NCBI GenBank assembly: GCA_958296245.1
Contig: OY282458.1
Coordinates: forward strand, 2,234,197 to 2,298,196
Direction: 5' to 3'
Length of the DNA stretch: 64,000 bases
From: an uncultured Dehalococcoidia bacterium
GTDB taxonomy: Bacteria; Chloroflexota; Dehalococcoidia; Lucifugimonadales; G958296245
The position numbers were made by a program, and so were the translations under genes. Numbering within the stretch: the first letter of the stretch is position 1; every line of letters starts with the position of its first letter. Below, piece by piece: positions 1 to 9,877 of this stretch. Below the pieces are notes generated by a model that saw only the letters and a list, made by a program, of their open reading frames with translations, was not told the origin of the DNA and did no database searches.

Positions 1-375
1 CCCGAGATGAAGAAGGCCGGAGGAGGCTCGATCGTCAACATCTCGTCCATCATGGGGTTTGTTGGCGGCCCGGATGACCACCTGGCCTACAACGCGTCCA
101 AGGGCGCGGTACGCATCATGACCAAGGCCACGGCGGTAAGATACGGCCCACACGGCATCAGGGCCAATTCCGTCCATCCGGGGTTCATATCGCCCATGCT
201 GTCGGGCGGGGTCGGAGACCCGGGGGCATGGGAGGAACGTCTACGCCGCACCCCTCTCCGGCGCAGGGGCAGGGAGACGGAAGTCGCCTACGGCGTGCTG
301 TTCCTGGCCTCGGACGAGGCCTCGTTCATCACGGGCACCGAGCTGGTAATCGACGGGGGCTTTCTGGCCAGGTAG
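1..375 (+). CDS. short-chain dehydrogenase/reductase (SDR), C-terminal part; the 5' end lies outside the window
   Basis: The reading frame is open to the window edge. It carries the SDR catalytic pattern NISS...YNASKGAV, the downstream VHPGF motif and a C-terminal TGTELVIDGG. Confidence 0.85.
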   Translation, partial: PEMKKAGGGSIVNISSIMGFVGGPDDHLAYNASKGAVRIMTKATAVRYGPHGIRANSVHPGFISPMLSGGVGDPGAWEERLRRTPLRRRGRETEVAYGVLFLASDEASFITGTELVIDGGFLAR

Positions 376-559
376 CGGGATCGACTCAGCCGGCTTTCCC
401 GGACGAGGAGGACCGCCCTTCCGTCTCGTTACGCCTCGGCCATTGCGTACGGCACAGCAAGCGGGCGCGCACCGTCACGAAAGGGCCACCGGCAAGTTTG
501 ACACCTTCCCAACGGGGCTGTTAGTCTGCCGGCCACAGTGGGGAGAGGGGCTGACAGAC

Positions 560-1744
560 ATGAAAATCGTCGACGTCGCGGTGGTTTCGAAGGGCCTTGC
601 CAACAGAGCGCCGGCCCTTGTTCGGATAGATACCGACGAGGGAATCACGGGCGTCGGCGCCACGGCCGCGTCCATTCCGGTAATCTCCTCGATCATCGAG
701 AACGAGCACGACGGGTTCAAGGGCCTCCTGATCGGGGCCGATCCCACTGATCCCAACGTGGCCTGGCGCCTCATGTTCGCCAGTGGCCAGCGAGGCCGCA
801 GCGGCGAGGGGGGCGTGGCGGTAAACGCTATGAGCGCCATAGACATGGCGTTGTGGGACATAGCCGGCAAGGCATCCGGGCTGCCGATTTACAAGATGCG
901 CGGCGGCGCCATCCAGAACAGGGTCATGGCCTACGCCAGCGGTACCGCATTCGACAGGGGCCTGATGGAGCGCACCGGTGAGATGCGCCACAAGCCTACC
1001 GAGGTCCTGGTGGCGGAGGCCAAGGAGAATCAGGCCAGCGGCTTCAAGGCCATGAAATTCGGCTGGGGCAACCGGTTCAGCGAGAAGAGCTACGACGACC
1101 TCTACGCCATCCGGGAGGCCGTAGGCCCCGACATGAAGCTGATGCTTGATTTCGGTTCCCCCGCCTACTTGGACGGTGGGTGGACCGTCAAAGATGCGAT
1201 TCAGGTAGCGGAAAGGCTCCTGGAGTACGACATCTTCTTCTGGGAGGAGGCGCTTCACCCTTACGACGTGGATGGATTCGAGACGCTTACGAGCCAGGCC
1301 CCCATACAGGTCGCGACGGGTGAGAGCCTGACCACCGTGCGCGACTTCCAGCCCTTCATAGAGCGGCGCGCCTTGGACGTCGTCCAGCCGGACGCCCAGC
1401 AGATGGGGTTGAGCCAACTGGCGCGCGTCGCCGAGAGGGCCGAGGAGGCGGGCATCCTATGCATACCGCACGGGCCTTGGTCGGCCTTCCTGATAGCGGC
1501 GCACCTCCAGGTGCTCTGCACGCTGACCAACGGCGCGATGATCGAATACCCCGCCCCGGCGGTGGAGCGCGGCTCCTCCAGCGAGGACCTCATCGCAGCC
1601 ATGCACGAAAGGATCGTTGAGACCCCGGTGGTCTTGAGAGACGGCTACTTGGAGCTGCCTGAGGGCCCGGGGCTGGGACTGGGCAACTTGGTACCCGAAG
1701 TGTTGGAAGAGCTGGCGTCAAGGTCCGGCGAAGGCTCCGGCTGA
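560..1744 (+). CDS. enolase-superfamily enzyme (mandelate racemase / muconate lactonizing family)
   Basis: N-terminal MKIVDV...GITGVG capping domain, AIDMALWDIAGK, and barrel metal-ligand-type strands (LMLDF, WEEA, VQPD). I moved the start to ATG 560, which follows GGGGAGAGGGG; the track start at 443 looks like an upstream extension. Confidence 0.85.
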   Translation: MKIVDVAVVSKGLANRAPALVRIDTDEGITGVGATAASIPVISSIIENEHDGFKGLLIGADPTDPNVAWRLMFASGQRGRSGEGGVAVNAMSAIDMALWDIAGKASGLPIYKMRGGAIQNRVMAYASGTAFDRGLMERTGEMRHKPTEVLVAEAKENQASGFKAMKFGWGNRFSEKSYDDLYAIREAVGPDMKLMLDFGSPAYLDGGWTVKDAIQVAERLLEYDIFFWEEALHPYDVDGFETLTSQAPIQVATGESLTTVRDFQPFIERRALDVVQPDAQQMGLSQLARVAERAEEAGILCIPHGPWSAFLIAAHLQVLCTLTNGAMIEYPAPAVERGSSSEDLIAAMHERIVETPVVLRDGYLELPEGPGLGLGNLVPEVLEELASRSGEGSG

Positions 1745-2727
1745 TGACGTCGAGCATCCTCAAGGTCGTGGTGACCTGGAGCGGCTGGCGCGAGATCATC
1801 CCCGGACGGGCGCGCCGCGAGGGCTTCGAACATCTGAGATTCACCATCTCCGACGACAAGGGCGAGATACTCGCCCATCTGGCTGACGCCGACGCTGCGT
1901 TCATCGCGGCCTGGGACCCCGACATGCACCGGGCCGCCCGCAAGCTGCGGTGGATACATGCCGTCGGCGGCGGCGTGACCCCCTACCTGTTCAGGGAAAT
2001 GGTGGAGAGCGGCGTCCCCTTCACCTGCGGCAAGCCGGCATTTGCCATACCGGGCGCGGAGTTCGCCTTGGGAGCGATGCTCATGTTCTCACGCCGAGGG
2101 CACGTGTCCATCGGCGCCCCCAAACTCACGCAGCGGAGCCCCTCACAGGAAGGCAACCTCGTCCCGGTCGACTTGGCGGGGAAGACCCTGGGCGTTCTAG
2201 GCATGGGCGGGATAGGCCAGGCGCTGGCCCTCAGGGCCAAGGCTATGGGAATGCGCGTCTTCGGTACTTCGCGCAAGCCGCGCGAGGCTCCCGACGGGGT
2301 GGACCGGATGTTTGCAATGGACGATGCCGCCGAGATGGCGGCCTCATCCGATTACCTGGCGGTTGCGGTTCCGGTCACAGCCGACACCGAGGGCATCGTA
2401 TCCGGGGACCTGCTCGCGCGCATGAAGCCCGGCGCCTTCATATTGGACTGCGCCGGCCGGCCGGTGCTGTACGACTATGGCGCACTGGAGCGCGCGGCCG
2501 CCGATGGCCGCCTGGGCGGGATATGCCTGCAGCCAGGCGGGGATGCGCCGGACATGCCGCCCGATGACTCCGACTTCTGGAGGCGGGACAACGTGGTGGT
2601 CACGCCGTGCAGAGGCACGTCATCCGAACAGGAGGACCATTGTCTCGCCCTCTTCTTCGACAATCTGCGCCGCTTCGAGTCCGGCAGGCCCCTGCTGGGC
2701 TTGGTGGACAAGCAAGCCGGTTACTGA
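1744..2727 (+). CDS. D-isomer-specific 2-hydroxyacid dehydrogenase family, NAD-binding
   Basis: Rossmann motif GKTLGVLGMGGIGQALALRAKAMGMRVFG. The start overlaps the upstream stop (TGATG). Confidence 0.8.
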   Translation: MTSSILKVVVTWSGWREIIPGRARREGFEHLRFTISDDKGEILAHLADADAAFIAAWDPDMHRAARKLRWIHAVGGGVTPYLFREMVESGVPFTCGKPAFAIPGAEFALGAMLMFSRRGHVSIGAPKLTQRSPSQEGNLVPVDLAGKTLGVLGMGGIGQALALRAKAMGMRVFGTSRKPREAPDGVDRMFAMDDAAEMAASSDYLAVAVPVTADTEGIVSGDLLARMKPGAFILDCAGRPVLYDYGALERAAADGRLGGICLQPGGDAPDMPPDDSDFWRRDNVVVTPCRGTSSEQEDHCLALFFDNLRRFESGRPLLGLVDKQAGY

Positions 2728-2809
2728 CCTGAGCAGTGCAGCCGGCCGGGAACGGCGCCCCGAGGGCGGGGTGCGCAGGTCGGCGGCATAGGCCGCAGCC
2801 GCGGCGGGC

Positions 2810-3397
2810 TCAGGGTACCCGGATGGCCTCGGCCTGCGCTGCGCCTTCCACCACAGCAGCCCCCCCAGCTGCCGATTCTTTCGGGTGCGCGCGTCTGGAC
2901 CTATCCGGCTCCGCACCGCCGCGGCTTGGGCGCCGCCGACGTCCTGTACGCCCCCTCAATATCTTCTTCATTTCGCTTTCGATGAGCCGAAAGTCCTTCT
3001 GTGGCAGAAGGTGCAGCGCGTCCATGAAGGCCAGCTGCCAGGTCTCCGGCGGCCACCGTTTCACGTAATCGAGCCTTGGCCCCAGTACCAGCCCGTCTAT
3101 GTAGTCTTCCTCGTCGAGGATGAGATACGGCGACAGCTTCACGCGGTACGGGAATCTCTCGCGTCCGTTGTGGGACTTCCAGACCGGGCTTTGGTCCTCG
3201 AAGTAGGGGGACTTGATCGACGCGGCCGCCGCCCACTTTCGCAGTCCGGACACATAGAACAACACCCGATCGTCCGGCTCCATGCGCTGAGCGCGCCGAC
3301 GGTATCGCTGCCCCAGACCGTGTATCTCGAACCCCATCTTCCTGCTTATCTCAAAGTTCTCTCGGGACTGCACTACCATCCAATAGTTCTTTGGCAT
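2810..3397 (-). CDS. EVE/PUA-like domain protein with an Arg-rich C-terminal tail
   Basis: The layout KNYWMVV...DRVLFYVSG...SPVWKS...RFPYRVKL resembles EVE (DUF55-like) domains. The C-terminal 50 aa or so are low-complexity and R/G/A-rich. Confidence 0.6.
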   Translation of the reverse strand: MPKNYWMVVQSRENFEISRKMGFEIHGLGQRYRRRAQRMEPDDRVLFYVSGLRKWAAAASIKSPYFEDQSPVWKSHNGRERFPYRVKLSPYLILDEEDYIDGLVLGPRLDYVKRWPPETWQLAFMDALHLLPQKDFRLIESEMKKILRGRTGRRRRPSRGGAEPDRSRRAHPKESAAGGAAVVEGAAQAEAIRVP

Positions 3398-3485
3398 CTG
3401 TGGTCACTCCGGGGCAGCATCCCCGTATTAGGGCCATTCTACCACCAGACTGTGGGGCGCCGTGAAGCCGTAGCGGCGCCCGGAC

Positions 3486-4334
3486 TTATCGCGCCGCGGC
3501 GCGGTCTGCCAGCTCGGCAAAGAGGTCGGCCCGCCAGTGTGGGACGAAACCCGGCCTCGTATCCTCCAGCAAGCCGCGGTGGAGCTCGACCTCGATCAGC
3601 TCCTCGCCGGACCGCCCAAAGGCGACCTGCTCCCCGGTGGGGTCGAATGCGACGCTCCCGCCGGCCGAGTTCGCGTCCACAGGTATGAAGACGTACATAC
3701 TGTTGTCACATGCGCGGGCAGGCGCGACCTTGCGGAACCCCATCAGGTTGAATGCGGACTTCTCCCTCGCGTGCTGCTCGTCGCGCAGGGGATAGGCGTT
3801 GTCGCCGGACGGGAGGACATACAGGTCGGCGCCCTTCATGGCGTAGAGTTGGGCCAGCTCCGGGAAGTACAGGTCCCAGCAGACCCCTATGCCCATCTTC
3901 CAACCCTCTATCTCGAACAGAGGAGTGTCCGACCCCGGCTCGATCCGGCCGCGCTCGGCCGGCGCAGGCTGATATTTCCTGTACCGGCCCTGGTAGCCGT
4001 CCGGCGTAACGACAAACGCGCTCTTGTATAGCTTGTCGTCATCTCCAAGCTCCACCGTGCCGACGACGATCGACACCCCCAACTCATCGCAGATCGGTTC
4101 GAGTCTGTCGGTCTCCCTGCCCGGCAACCTGGCGGCGCCGCCGCGCGCCGTGAGGCCCGGCGGAGGCCGATTGAGGGAGCCGGTCAGCGCCACTTCCGCG
4201 AAGAGCACCAACTTGATTCCTCTGGCCGCCGCCTCCGAGCACGTGGCTTCGATCTTTGCGATGTTGTACTCGACGTCTCCGGTTACGCAGGTCGTCTGCG
4301 CCATCGCCGCCGAGAGCGTATCTATCGGCTTCAT
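3486..4334 (-). CDS. carbon-nitrogen hydrolase (nitrilase superfamily)
   Basis: Glu-Lys-Cys triad context: LVLFAEVALTG, YRKYQP, GIGVCWDLYFPE. Confidence 0.85.
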   Translation of the reverse strand: MKPIDTLSAAMAQTTCVTGDVEYNIAKIEATCSEAAARGIKLVLFAEVALTGSLNRPPPGLTARGGAARLPGRETDRLEPICDELGVSIVVGTVELGDDDKLYKSAFVVTPDGYQGRYRKYQPAPAERGRIEPGSDTPLFEIEGWKMGIGVCWDLYFPELAQLYAMKGADLYVLPSGDNAYPLRDEQHAREKSAFNLMGFRKVAPARACDNSMYVFIPVDANSAGGSVAFDPTGEQVAFGRSGEELIEVELHRGLLEDTRPGFVPHWRADLFAELADRAAAR

Positions 4335-4396
4335 CTATCCCTCCTCCTTCGCTGGCGGGCTGTGGAGAACCCTTCGACTTCCCTGGACCCCCTACG

Positions 4397-5566
4397 TCAC
4401 GAGACCTCTCTCATGATGTTGTACATGTGCATGTAGAGCTTGAACGCCTCCCGGGCAAAGTCGAGCAGGCCCAGGCCCTCCGCTTCCCCCACGTGGAGTT
4501 GTATCTCCTTCTGGAACAGGGAGAACTCCGTGTGGTAAGTATCTCCACCTTGAGACAGGGCGTCGGCCATGCGCCGGGACTCCTCCGACGGCACCAGCGC
4601 GTCGGCCCTGTCGTGCATGATGAGGGCCCGCGCCAAGAGATTGTCGATGTTGGCGCTCGGCGACACTTTACGGAAGAGCTCTTTCGTCTGTGGGGAGAGC
4701 TGCTCTATCAGACGGTCCGCCTCCTCCAGGGTAGTAGTCCCCTTCAGAAGGCGGTAGGCTGCCATCCCCTCCTCCGTGAGCGCTTCGATCTCCCTCTCGT
4801 CGGCCTCCTCCCCGTCCCTGAAGACACGCACCAGCAGGTCCCTGTCTGCGGCCTCGCTGACGCCGGTTGTCAGATGGCGCCGGAAGACTTCGTACGTTAG
4901 CGGGTCCGGCTCCCACGGCGCCGAGTAGCCGTCGCCGAAGCGCGATCTGGTCCCTATGGCTTTAGCCAAGTCGGAGATGTCGTAATAGCCCGCCAGGAAG
5001 TTGACGAACTTGACTTGCTCCCTGATCCGGGCGTCCTGCGCGGCAACGGTGACAAATGACGCCCCTACGCATATACCCCCCATCCCCACGCGGTCCGGGT
5101 CGACGGAATCCAGCGACCTCAGATATTGGAAGCCGAGAACCAGGCTGTCTATGTCTTCCGGGACCAGCTCTCCGCGAACCTGCGTGTCCAGCCACGGGAT
5201 CATAACGACCATGCCGGACCGAGCCAGCGCCTCCGCCAAGGCAACTACCCGGGGGTCGAACCTCCCCCCCGGTACGACCCCCTGGAAGAAGAGTACCGCA
5301 CTGTATCGCGCGTCTCCCGGGGGGGAGTATACGTCAGCGACGGCTTGGCCGCTCTCCGTCTGGAATCGGACCTCCGACACCACGGGGTCGGGTATGAACC
5401 ACGGCTGCGCCTCGACGGGGATAGATGGGAGCACCTGGGGGATGAAGAGCACGGTCCGCGCGGCTGCCCTGCCCTGAGGCGTGAAGGCCAGCAGCAACAA
5501 GACCAAGGCTAGGGCTGCGCCCACCCCAATAAGTACACCGTCGAGTAACCGTTTGAACATTACCAA
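4397..5566 (-). CDS. membrane-anchored alpha/beta-hydrolase-fold-like protein
   Basis: N-terminal hydrophobic helix (VLIGVGAALALVLLLLAF) and a nucleophile-elbow-like GMGGICVGASF. No more precise family was recognised. Confidence 0.55.
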   Translation of the reverse strand: MVMFKRLLDGVLIGVGAALALVLLLLAFTPQGRAAARTVLFIPQVLPSIPVEAQPWFIPDPVVSEVRFQTESGQAVADVYSPPGDARYSAVLFFQGVVPGGRFDPRVVALAEALARSGMVVMIPWLDTQVRGELVPEDIDSLVLGFQYLRSLDSVDPDRVGMGGICVGASFVTVAAQDARIREQVKFVNFLAGYYDISDLAKAIGTRSRFGDGYSAPWEPDPLTYEVFRRHLTTGVSEAADRDLLVRVFRDGEEADEREIEALTEEGMAAYRLLKGTTTLEEADRLIEQLSPQTKELFRKVSPSANIDNLLARALIMHDRADALVPSEESRRMADALSQGGDTYHTEFSLFQKEIQLHVGEAEGLGLLDFAREAFKLYMHMYNIMREVS

Positions 5567-5618
5567 ATCGAGCCTCGCGTGTATTATAGTGTCGCAAGCC
5601 TTATGGAGGGTGGTCTAG

Positions 5619-6344
5619 TTGGCCTCTCTGTGCACCCAAGGAGGGATGGCGGGCAGGGTCGGCGCCGTGGTCGTGGCCGCCGGGCGCAGTCGGCGTATGG
5701 GAGGCCCGGACAAGACGTTCTTGCCGTTGGCGGGGAGGCCCCTTGCCAGCCATTCGCTTGAAGCCCTGAATAGGTGTGCGCAGGTGGACGCCATAACATT
5801 CGTAGTGCCGGCCCACGCTGTGGAGCGAGGCAAGCGCCTCGTGGAAGAGAACCGCTGGGAAAAGGTCGCCGCAGTGTGCCCGGGAGGCGAACGCCGGCAG
5901 GATTCCGTGAGGCGCGGCCTAGCCGCGCTCCCGGACGTGGACTTGACCATGGTCCACGACGCGGCTAGGCCCTGCGCGGACCAGTCCATCTTCCAACGAG
6001 GCATCGGCGAGGGGATGAAGTACGGCGCCGCGGTGGCCGCCGTACCCGTCAAAGACACCATCAAAGCAGCCGACGGCGACGGCTTCGTGACCAAGACCCT
6101 AGACCGCCGACGGCTCTGGTCCGTGCAGACACCCCAGGTATTCAGAACGAGCCTTCTCAAAATGGCGCATCGCAAGGTCCACGCGGACGTTACGGACGAC
6201 GCGGCCATGGTGGAATGCCTGGGTCACAAGGTCCACGTATTCCAGGGCAGTGAGGAGAACATCAAGGTGACTACGCCCTCGGACGTCGCGGTCGCCGAAG
6301 TCCTGCTAGCTGCCAGAGCCACGGCCAGCGGGGCCGCGCCGTGA
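5619..6344 (+). CDS. ispD: 2-C-methyl-D-erythritol 4-phosphate cytidylyltransferase
   Basis: The signature VVVAAGRSRRMGGPDKTFLPLAGRPL and the overall length match IspD. The start may instead be the ATG at 5646. Confidence 0.9.
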   Translation: MASLCTQGGMAGRVGAVVVAAGRSRRMGGPDKTFLPLAGRPLASHSLEALNRCAQVDAITFVVPAHAVERGKRLVEENRWEKVAAVCPGGERRQDSVRRGLAALPDVDLTMVHDAARPCADQSIFQRGIGEGMKYGAAVAAVPVKDTIKAADGDGFVTKTLDRRRLWSVQTPQVFRTSLLKMAHRKVHADVTDDAAMVECLGHKVHVFQGSEENIKVTTPSDVAVAEVLLAARATASGAAP

Positions 6345-6871
6345 AGCCGCGTACGGGCATAGGATTCGACGCGCACCCGCTGGCCGAAGGCCGGCCCATG
6401 GTCGTCGGAGGCGTCGACGTCCCGTTCGACCGAGGGCCTCTTGGTCACAGCGATGGGGACGTCCTGATACATGCGGTCATCGACGCGCTGCTGGGCGCCG
6501 CGGGCCTCGGAGACATCGGGACCCACTTCCCGCCAGGCGACGAGAGTCTGAGGGGGGCCGCGAGCACCGATCTCCTCCGCGCCGCCGTGAGACTGCTGAA
6601 GGGGCGGGGATGGCAGATTACTTACGTCGACGCTACCGTCATCCTCGAACGTCCCGTCCTCAAGCCGTTCATCGGCCGTATCGCCCAGAGCATCGCCAAC
6701 TGCCTGGATCTGGACCGCGGCTTGGTGAACGTCAAGGCCACGACGACGGACGGACTGGGTTTCACGGGCAGAGGCGAAGGGGTGTCCGCTCTCGCCGCGG
6801 CGACCGTGGAGGCCGCCGAATGCGGTACACGCCCTGAGCGCGCAGCAGCCGCGCCCCTGCGGAGTTCGTGA
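6341..6871 (+). CDS. ispF: 2-C-methyl-D-erythritol 2,4-cyclodiphosphate synthase
   Basis: RTGIGFDAHPL...GHSDGDVLIHAVIDALLGAAGLGDIGTHFP. The GTG start overlaps the ispD stop. Confidence 0.92.
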   Translation: MKPRTGIGFDAHPLAEGRPMVVGGVDVPFDRGPLGHSDGDVLIHAVIDALLGAAGLGDIGTHFPPGDESLRGAASTDLLRAAVRLLKGRGWQITYVDATVILERPVLKPFIGRIAQSIANCLDLDRGLVNVKATTTDGLGFTGRGEGVSALAAATVEAAECGTRPERAAAAPLRSS

Positions 6872-6887
6872 CGACGTTGGAGGCCGC

Positions 6888-8426
6888 ATGAAGCTCTATA
6901 ACACACTCTCCAGGCGTACGGAGCCCTTCATCCCAAAAGGAGACGTCGTCACGATGTACGTCTGCGGGCTTACTCCCTACGCTCCGTCCCACGTGGGCCA
7001 CGCGATGAGGGCCGTTGTGTTCGACGTACTCAGACGCTACCTGGAGTACCGGGGGCGCCGGGTAAAGCACGTCGAGAACTTCACGGACGTCGACGACAAG
7101 TTGATAGACGGAGCGGCCCGCGAGGGCGTATCCACCGAGGAGTTGGCCGAGAGGAACATCAAGACGTACCTCGAGGAGATGGACGCCCTCAGCGTACTGC
7201 GCGCGCACGTCTACCCCAGGGCAACCCGCGAAATCCCCGGGATGATCGAAATGATAGACGGCCTGATCGACAAGGGCTACGCCTACGCGGTCAGCGGGGA
7301 CGTCTATTTCAGCGTTAGGCAGGACGAAGGATACGGCCGGCTGAGCGGCCGCGACCTCGACGCAATGATCTCAGGCGCGAGGGTCGAGGCCGACGAGAAG
7401 AAGATCGACCAGATGGACTTCTCTCTCTGGAAGAGCAGGAAGCCGGGGGAGCCGTCGTGGGACAGTCCCTGGGGCCCGGGCCGCCCGGGATGGCATATCG
7501 AATGCAGCGCGATGGCGTTGCACTACTTGGGCGAGACGGTGGACATACACGGAGGGGGGCAGGACCTCGTCTTTCCCCACCACGAGAACGAGGTCGCGCA
7601 GACCGAGAACTATACCGGCGTCAGGCCGATGGCGCGCTTCTGGATGCACAACGGCTGGATGAGCTTGGGCGGCGACAAGATGAGCAAGTCGACCGGCAAT
7701 TTCGTCACACTCGGCGACGCGCTGGAGCGCTTCTCTCCCTGCGCCCTGCGCCTCTTCTTCCTCGCTTCTCACTATCGCAGACCCCTCACCTACAGCCACG
7801 AGGCCATAACAACCCAGGAGCGCGCGGCGGAACGGCTCCGCAACGCCGCGCATCTGGCGGGGAACGGAGGCGGCCCGCCGTTGGACCCTGGGCCGTACAG
7901 GCAAAGGTTCGAGGCCGCCATGGACGACGACCTGAACACGCCCCGCGCCCTTGGCGTGCTGTTCGACATGGCGCGGGAGATGAACCGCGCCGTGGAGCAG
8001 GGAGCTAGCCTGACGCCCGCCCGGCAGGTATTGAGGGAGCTTGCATCGGTCCTTGGCCTCAGCCTCGAAGAGCGCAGCCTAGCGGGCAAGGAAGACGTAC
8101 TCAGGGTCGTCGAAATGCTGCCCCGCATCCACGCAAGGCTGAAGGATGAATCCCTCGGCGGCTTGGCGGAACAGTTCCGGTCGAATCTGGCCCAACGCGG
8201 GATAGTGCTATCCGGCCATGAAAGCCCGGACATAGCCGACGGCGTGGACCCCGGCGCAGCCGGAGCGGCCGCCCTGGACCTGCTCGTCGACATAAGGCAA
8301 ACCCTGAGGTCGTCACGGCGTTATGACCTAGCCGACTATGTCCGGGACAGGCTCTCCGAAGGAGGCTTTCAACTGGAGGATACGCCGGAGGGCACGGAGT
8401 GGAAAGCTGCCCCGAACGTGTCCTAG
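6888..8426 (+). CDS. cysS: cysteine--tRNA ligase
   Basis: MKLYNTLSR..., class I HIGH-type motif (PSHVGHAM), KMSKS motif (KMSKSTGNF) and WHIECSAM. Confidence 0.95.
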   Translation: MKLYNTLSRRTEPFIPKGDVVTMYVCGLTPYAPSHVGHAMRAVVFDVLRRYLEYRGRRVKHVENFTDVDDKLIDGAAREGVSTEELAERNIKTYLEEMDALSVLRAHVYPRATREIPGMIEMIDGLIDKGYAYAVSGDVYFSVRQDEGYGRLSGRDLDAMISGARVEADEKKIDQMDFSLWKSRKPGEPSWDSPWGPGRPGWHIECSAMALHYLGETVDIHGGGQDLVFPHHENEVAQTENYTGVRPMARFWMHNGWMSLGGDKMSKSTGNFVTLGDALERFSPCALRLFFLASHYRRPLTYSHEAITTQERAAERLRNAAHLAGNGGGPPLDPGPYRQRFEAAMDDDLNTPRALGVLFDMAREMNRAVEQGASLTPARQVLRELASVLGLSLEERSLAGKEDVLRVVEMLPRIHARLKDESLGGLAEQFRSNLAQRGIVLSGHESPDIADGVDPGAAGAAALDLLVDIRQTLRSSRRYDLADYVRDRLSEGGFQLEDTPEGTEWKAAPNVS

Positions 8427-8536
8427 GCGCGTAGAGGGCGGAGACCTATGCCGGAAGTCTGAGAGTGTCCCTCAGATAAAAACCCGTTCCCCTTCCTGGC
8501 CGGAAGGCAGGGCTGCAGGAGAACAGTCTGCTGGGG

Positions 8537-8725
8537 GTAACTGTTCGGTCTCTGTGAGACCCGAATGGGGAAGTCCGGAGACGTCTCCCCTCCGGCAGGG
8601 GGTCTGGTATGCAGGCGAGACGCCTGCGCTCCCGGTTGCCAAGAGGGGCAGGCGGGGATCAAAAGACGTCTGCTCTATCAGGGCTGCGCCAGTCGAAAAG
8701 GACCTCACGAAGTCTGAACAGTTAC
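8537..8725 (+). repeat. MITE-like intergenic element, family A, full-length copy with both terminal inverted repeats
   Basis: Left end GTAACTGTTCGGTCTCTGTGAG. The reverse complement of the right end is GTAACTGTTCAGACTTCGTGAG. The interior is homologous to copies at 26305, 33853 and 39372. Confidence 0.8.
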
Positions 8726-8742
8726 TGCCGGGGGGATGACCG

Positions 8743-9822
8743 ATGGACAAGGTTCGTTTGGCCATAGTGGGGTGCGGCACCATATCGCAGCTCAACGCGC
8801 CCGGGTACCTGCGTCATCAACGCTGCGAAGTCGTAGCCCTTTGCGACCCTGTATGCGAGCGTGCCGAGCGCCGGGCGAGGCAGTGGGGCATCACCCCCCG
8901 CATCTACACCGCTTTGGAAGACGTGCTCGACGACCCCGGCGTCGACGCCGTAGAGCTGCTCACCCCCACGCAGTTGCACGCGGAGCAGTCCATAGCGGTA
9001 TTGGACGCAGGCAAGCACGTCTCCTGCCAAAAGCCGATGGCGACCACCTTGGCGGATGCCGACCGCGTGGCCGCCGCCGCGGAGCGCGCCGGGGCGCAAT
9101 ACAGGGTCACCGAAAACTTCCTCTCATATCCGCCGCTGATAAAGGCCAAGGAGCTAATGGACGCCGGCGCCATCGGCGAGCCGTCGATCGTGCGAATACG
9201 GACCATATGGGGCAGTCCTACTACCCACCCCGGCTTCCCCATAGAGGCTGACGCTTTCGCTTGGCGCCGCGATGCCCGCGCCAACCCCGGCGGGCTCCTC
9301 TACGATGACGGCTGGCACAAGTACGCAACGGCAATGTGGTTGATGGGCGACGTAGCCAAGATCACCAGCATGGTCACGACCACGGACGACTTCATGGTCG
9401 ACGCCCCATCCGCGGCAATATGGAGGTTCAAGAACGGGGGGCTGGGCGTCTTCGAGTACTCTCACGCACCCGACATGAAGATCAGATCCAACTACTACCC
9501 GAACGACGAATTCTTCGAGATACAGGGCAGCGCGGGGTCGATCTGGGTTACACGATGCACGGGCGAGATGCTCGACATGCCGCCCGTCCTGTTGGTAAAA
9601 GGCAGCGAGACCACGGCTTTCCAAGCGCCCATGGACTGGATAGAGGGCTTCAACGGCGCAGCAACGGAGTTCGTCGACGGCATCCTGGAAGGCAGGCAAT
9701 CCAAGATGGACGCCGACTTCTCCAAGAAGGTGCTCCGGGCCGCATTGGCCATCTACGAGTCGTCGGAACTGGAGCGCCCTATCAGCCTCGATCCTCCCCC
9801 CGACCGGCAGCCCTACCGGTAA
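8743..9822 (+). CDS. Gfo/Idh/MocA family oxidoreductase
   Basis: N-terminal Rossmann VRLAIVGCGTISQ and a typical EKP-like CQKPMA motif. Confidence 0.85.
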   Translation: MDKVRLAIVGCGTISQLNAPGYLRHQRCEVVALCDPVCERAERRARQWGITPRIYTALEDVLDDPGVDAVELLTPTQLHAEQSIAVLDAGKHVSCQKPMATTLADADRVAAAAERAGAQYRVTENFLSYPPLIKAKELMDAGAIGEPSIVRIRTIWGSPTTHPGFPIEADAFAWRRDARANPGGLLYDDGWHKYATAMWLMGDVAKITSMVTTTDDFMVDAPSAAIWRFKNGGLGVFEYSHAPDMKIRSNYYPNDEFFEIQGSAGSIWVTRCTGEMLDMPPVLLVKGSETTAFQAPMDWIEGFNGAATEFVDGILEGRQSKMDADFSKKVLRAALAIYESSELERPISLDPPPDRQPYR

Positions 9823-9877
9823 CGGCGCGGTTGGCGTCTTGTTGCTGGCCGTTCGAGGCATATGCTACGCTTCCGGC

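Noticed and set aside
443-559. Upstream-extended starts given by the ORF track (443, 9839, 11125, 12146, 16486, 36878, 39534, 40637, 48687, 50743, 50979, 61527, 61579)
   Set aside because: In each case an internal ATG, GTG or TTG is preceded by a Shine-Dalgarno-like GGAGG/GAGG, or overlaps the upstream stop. That internal start also matches where the recognisable family N-terminus begins. The extensions overlap neighbouring genes or repeats.
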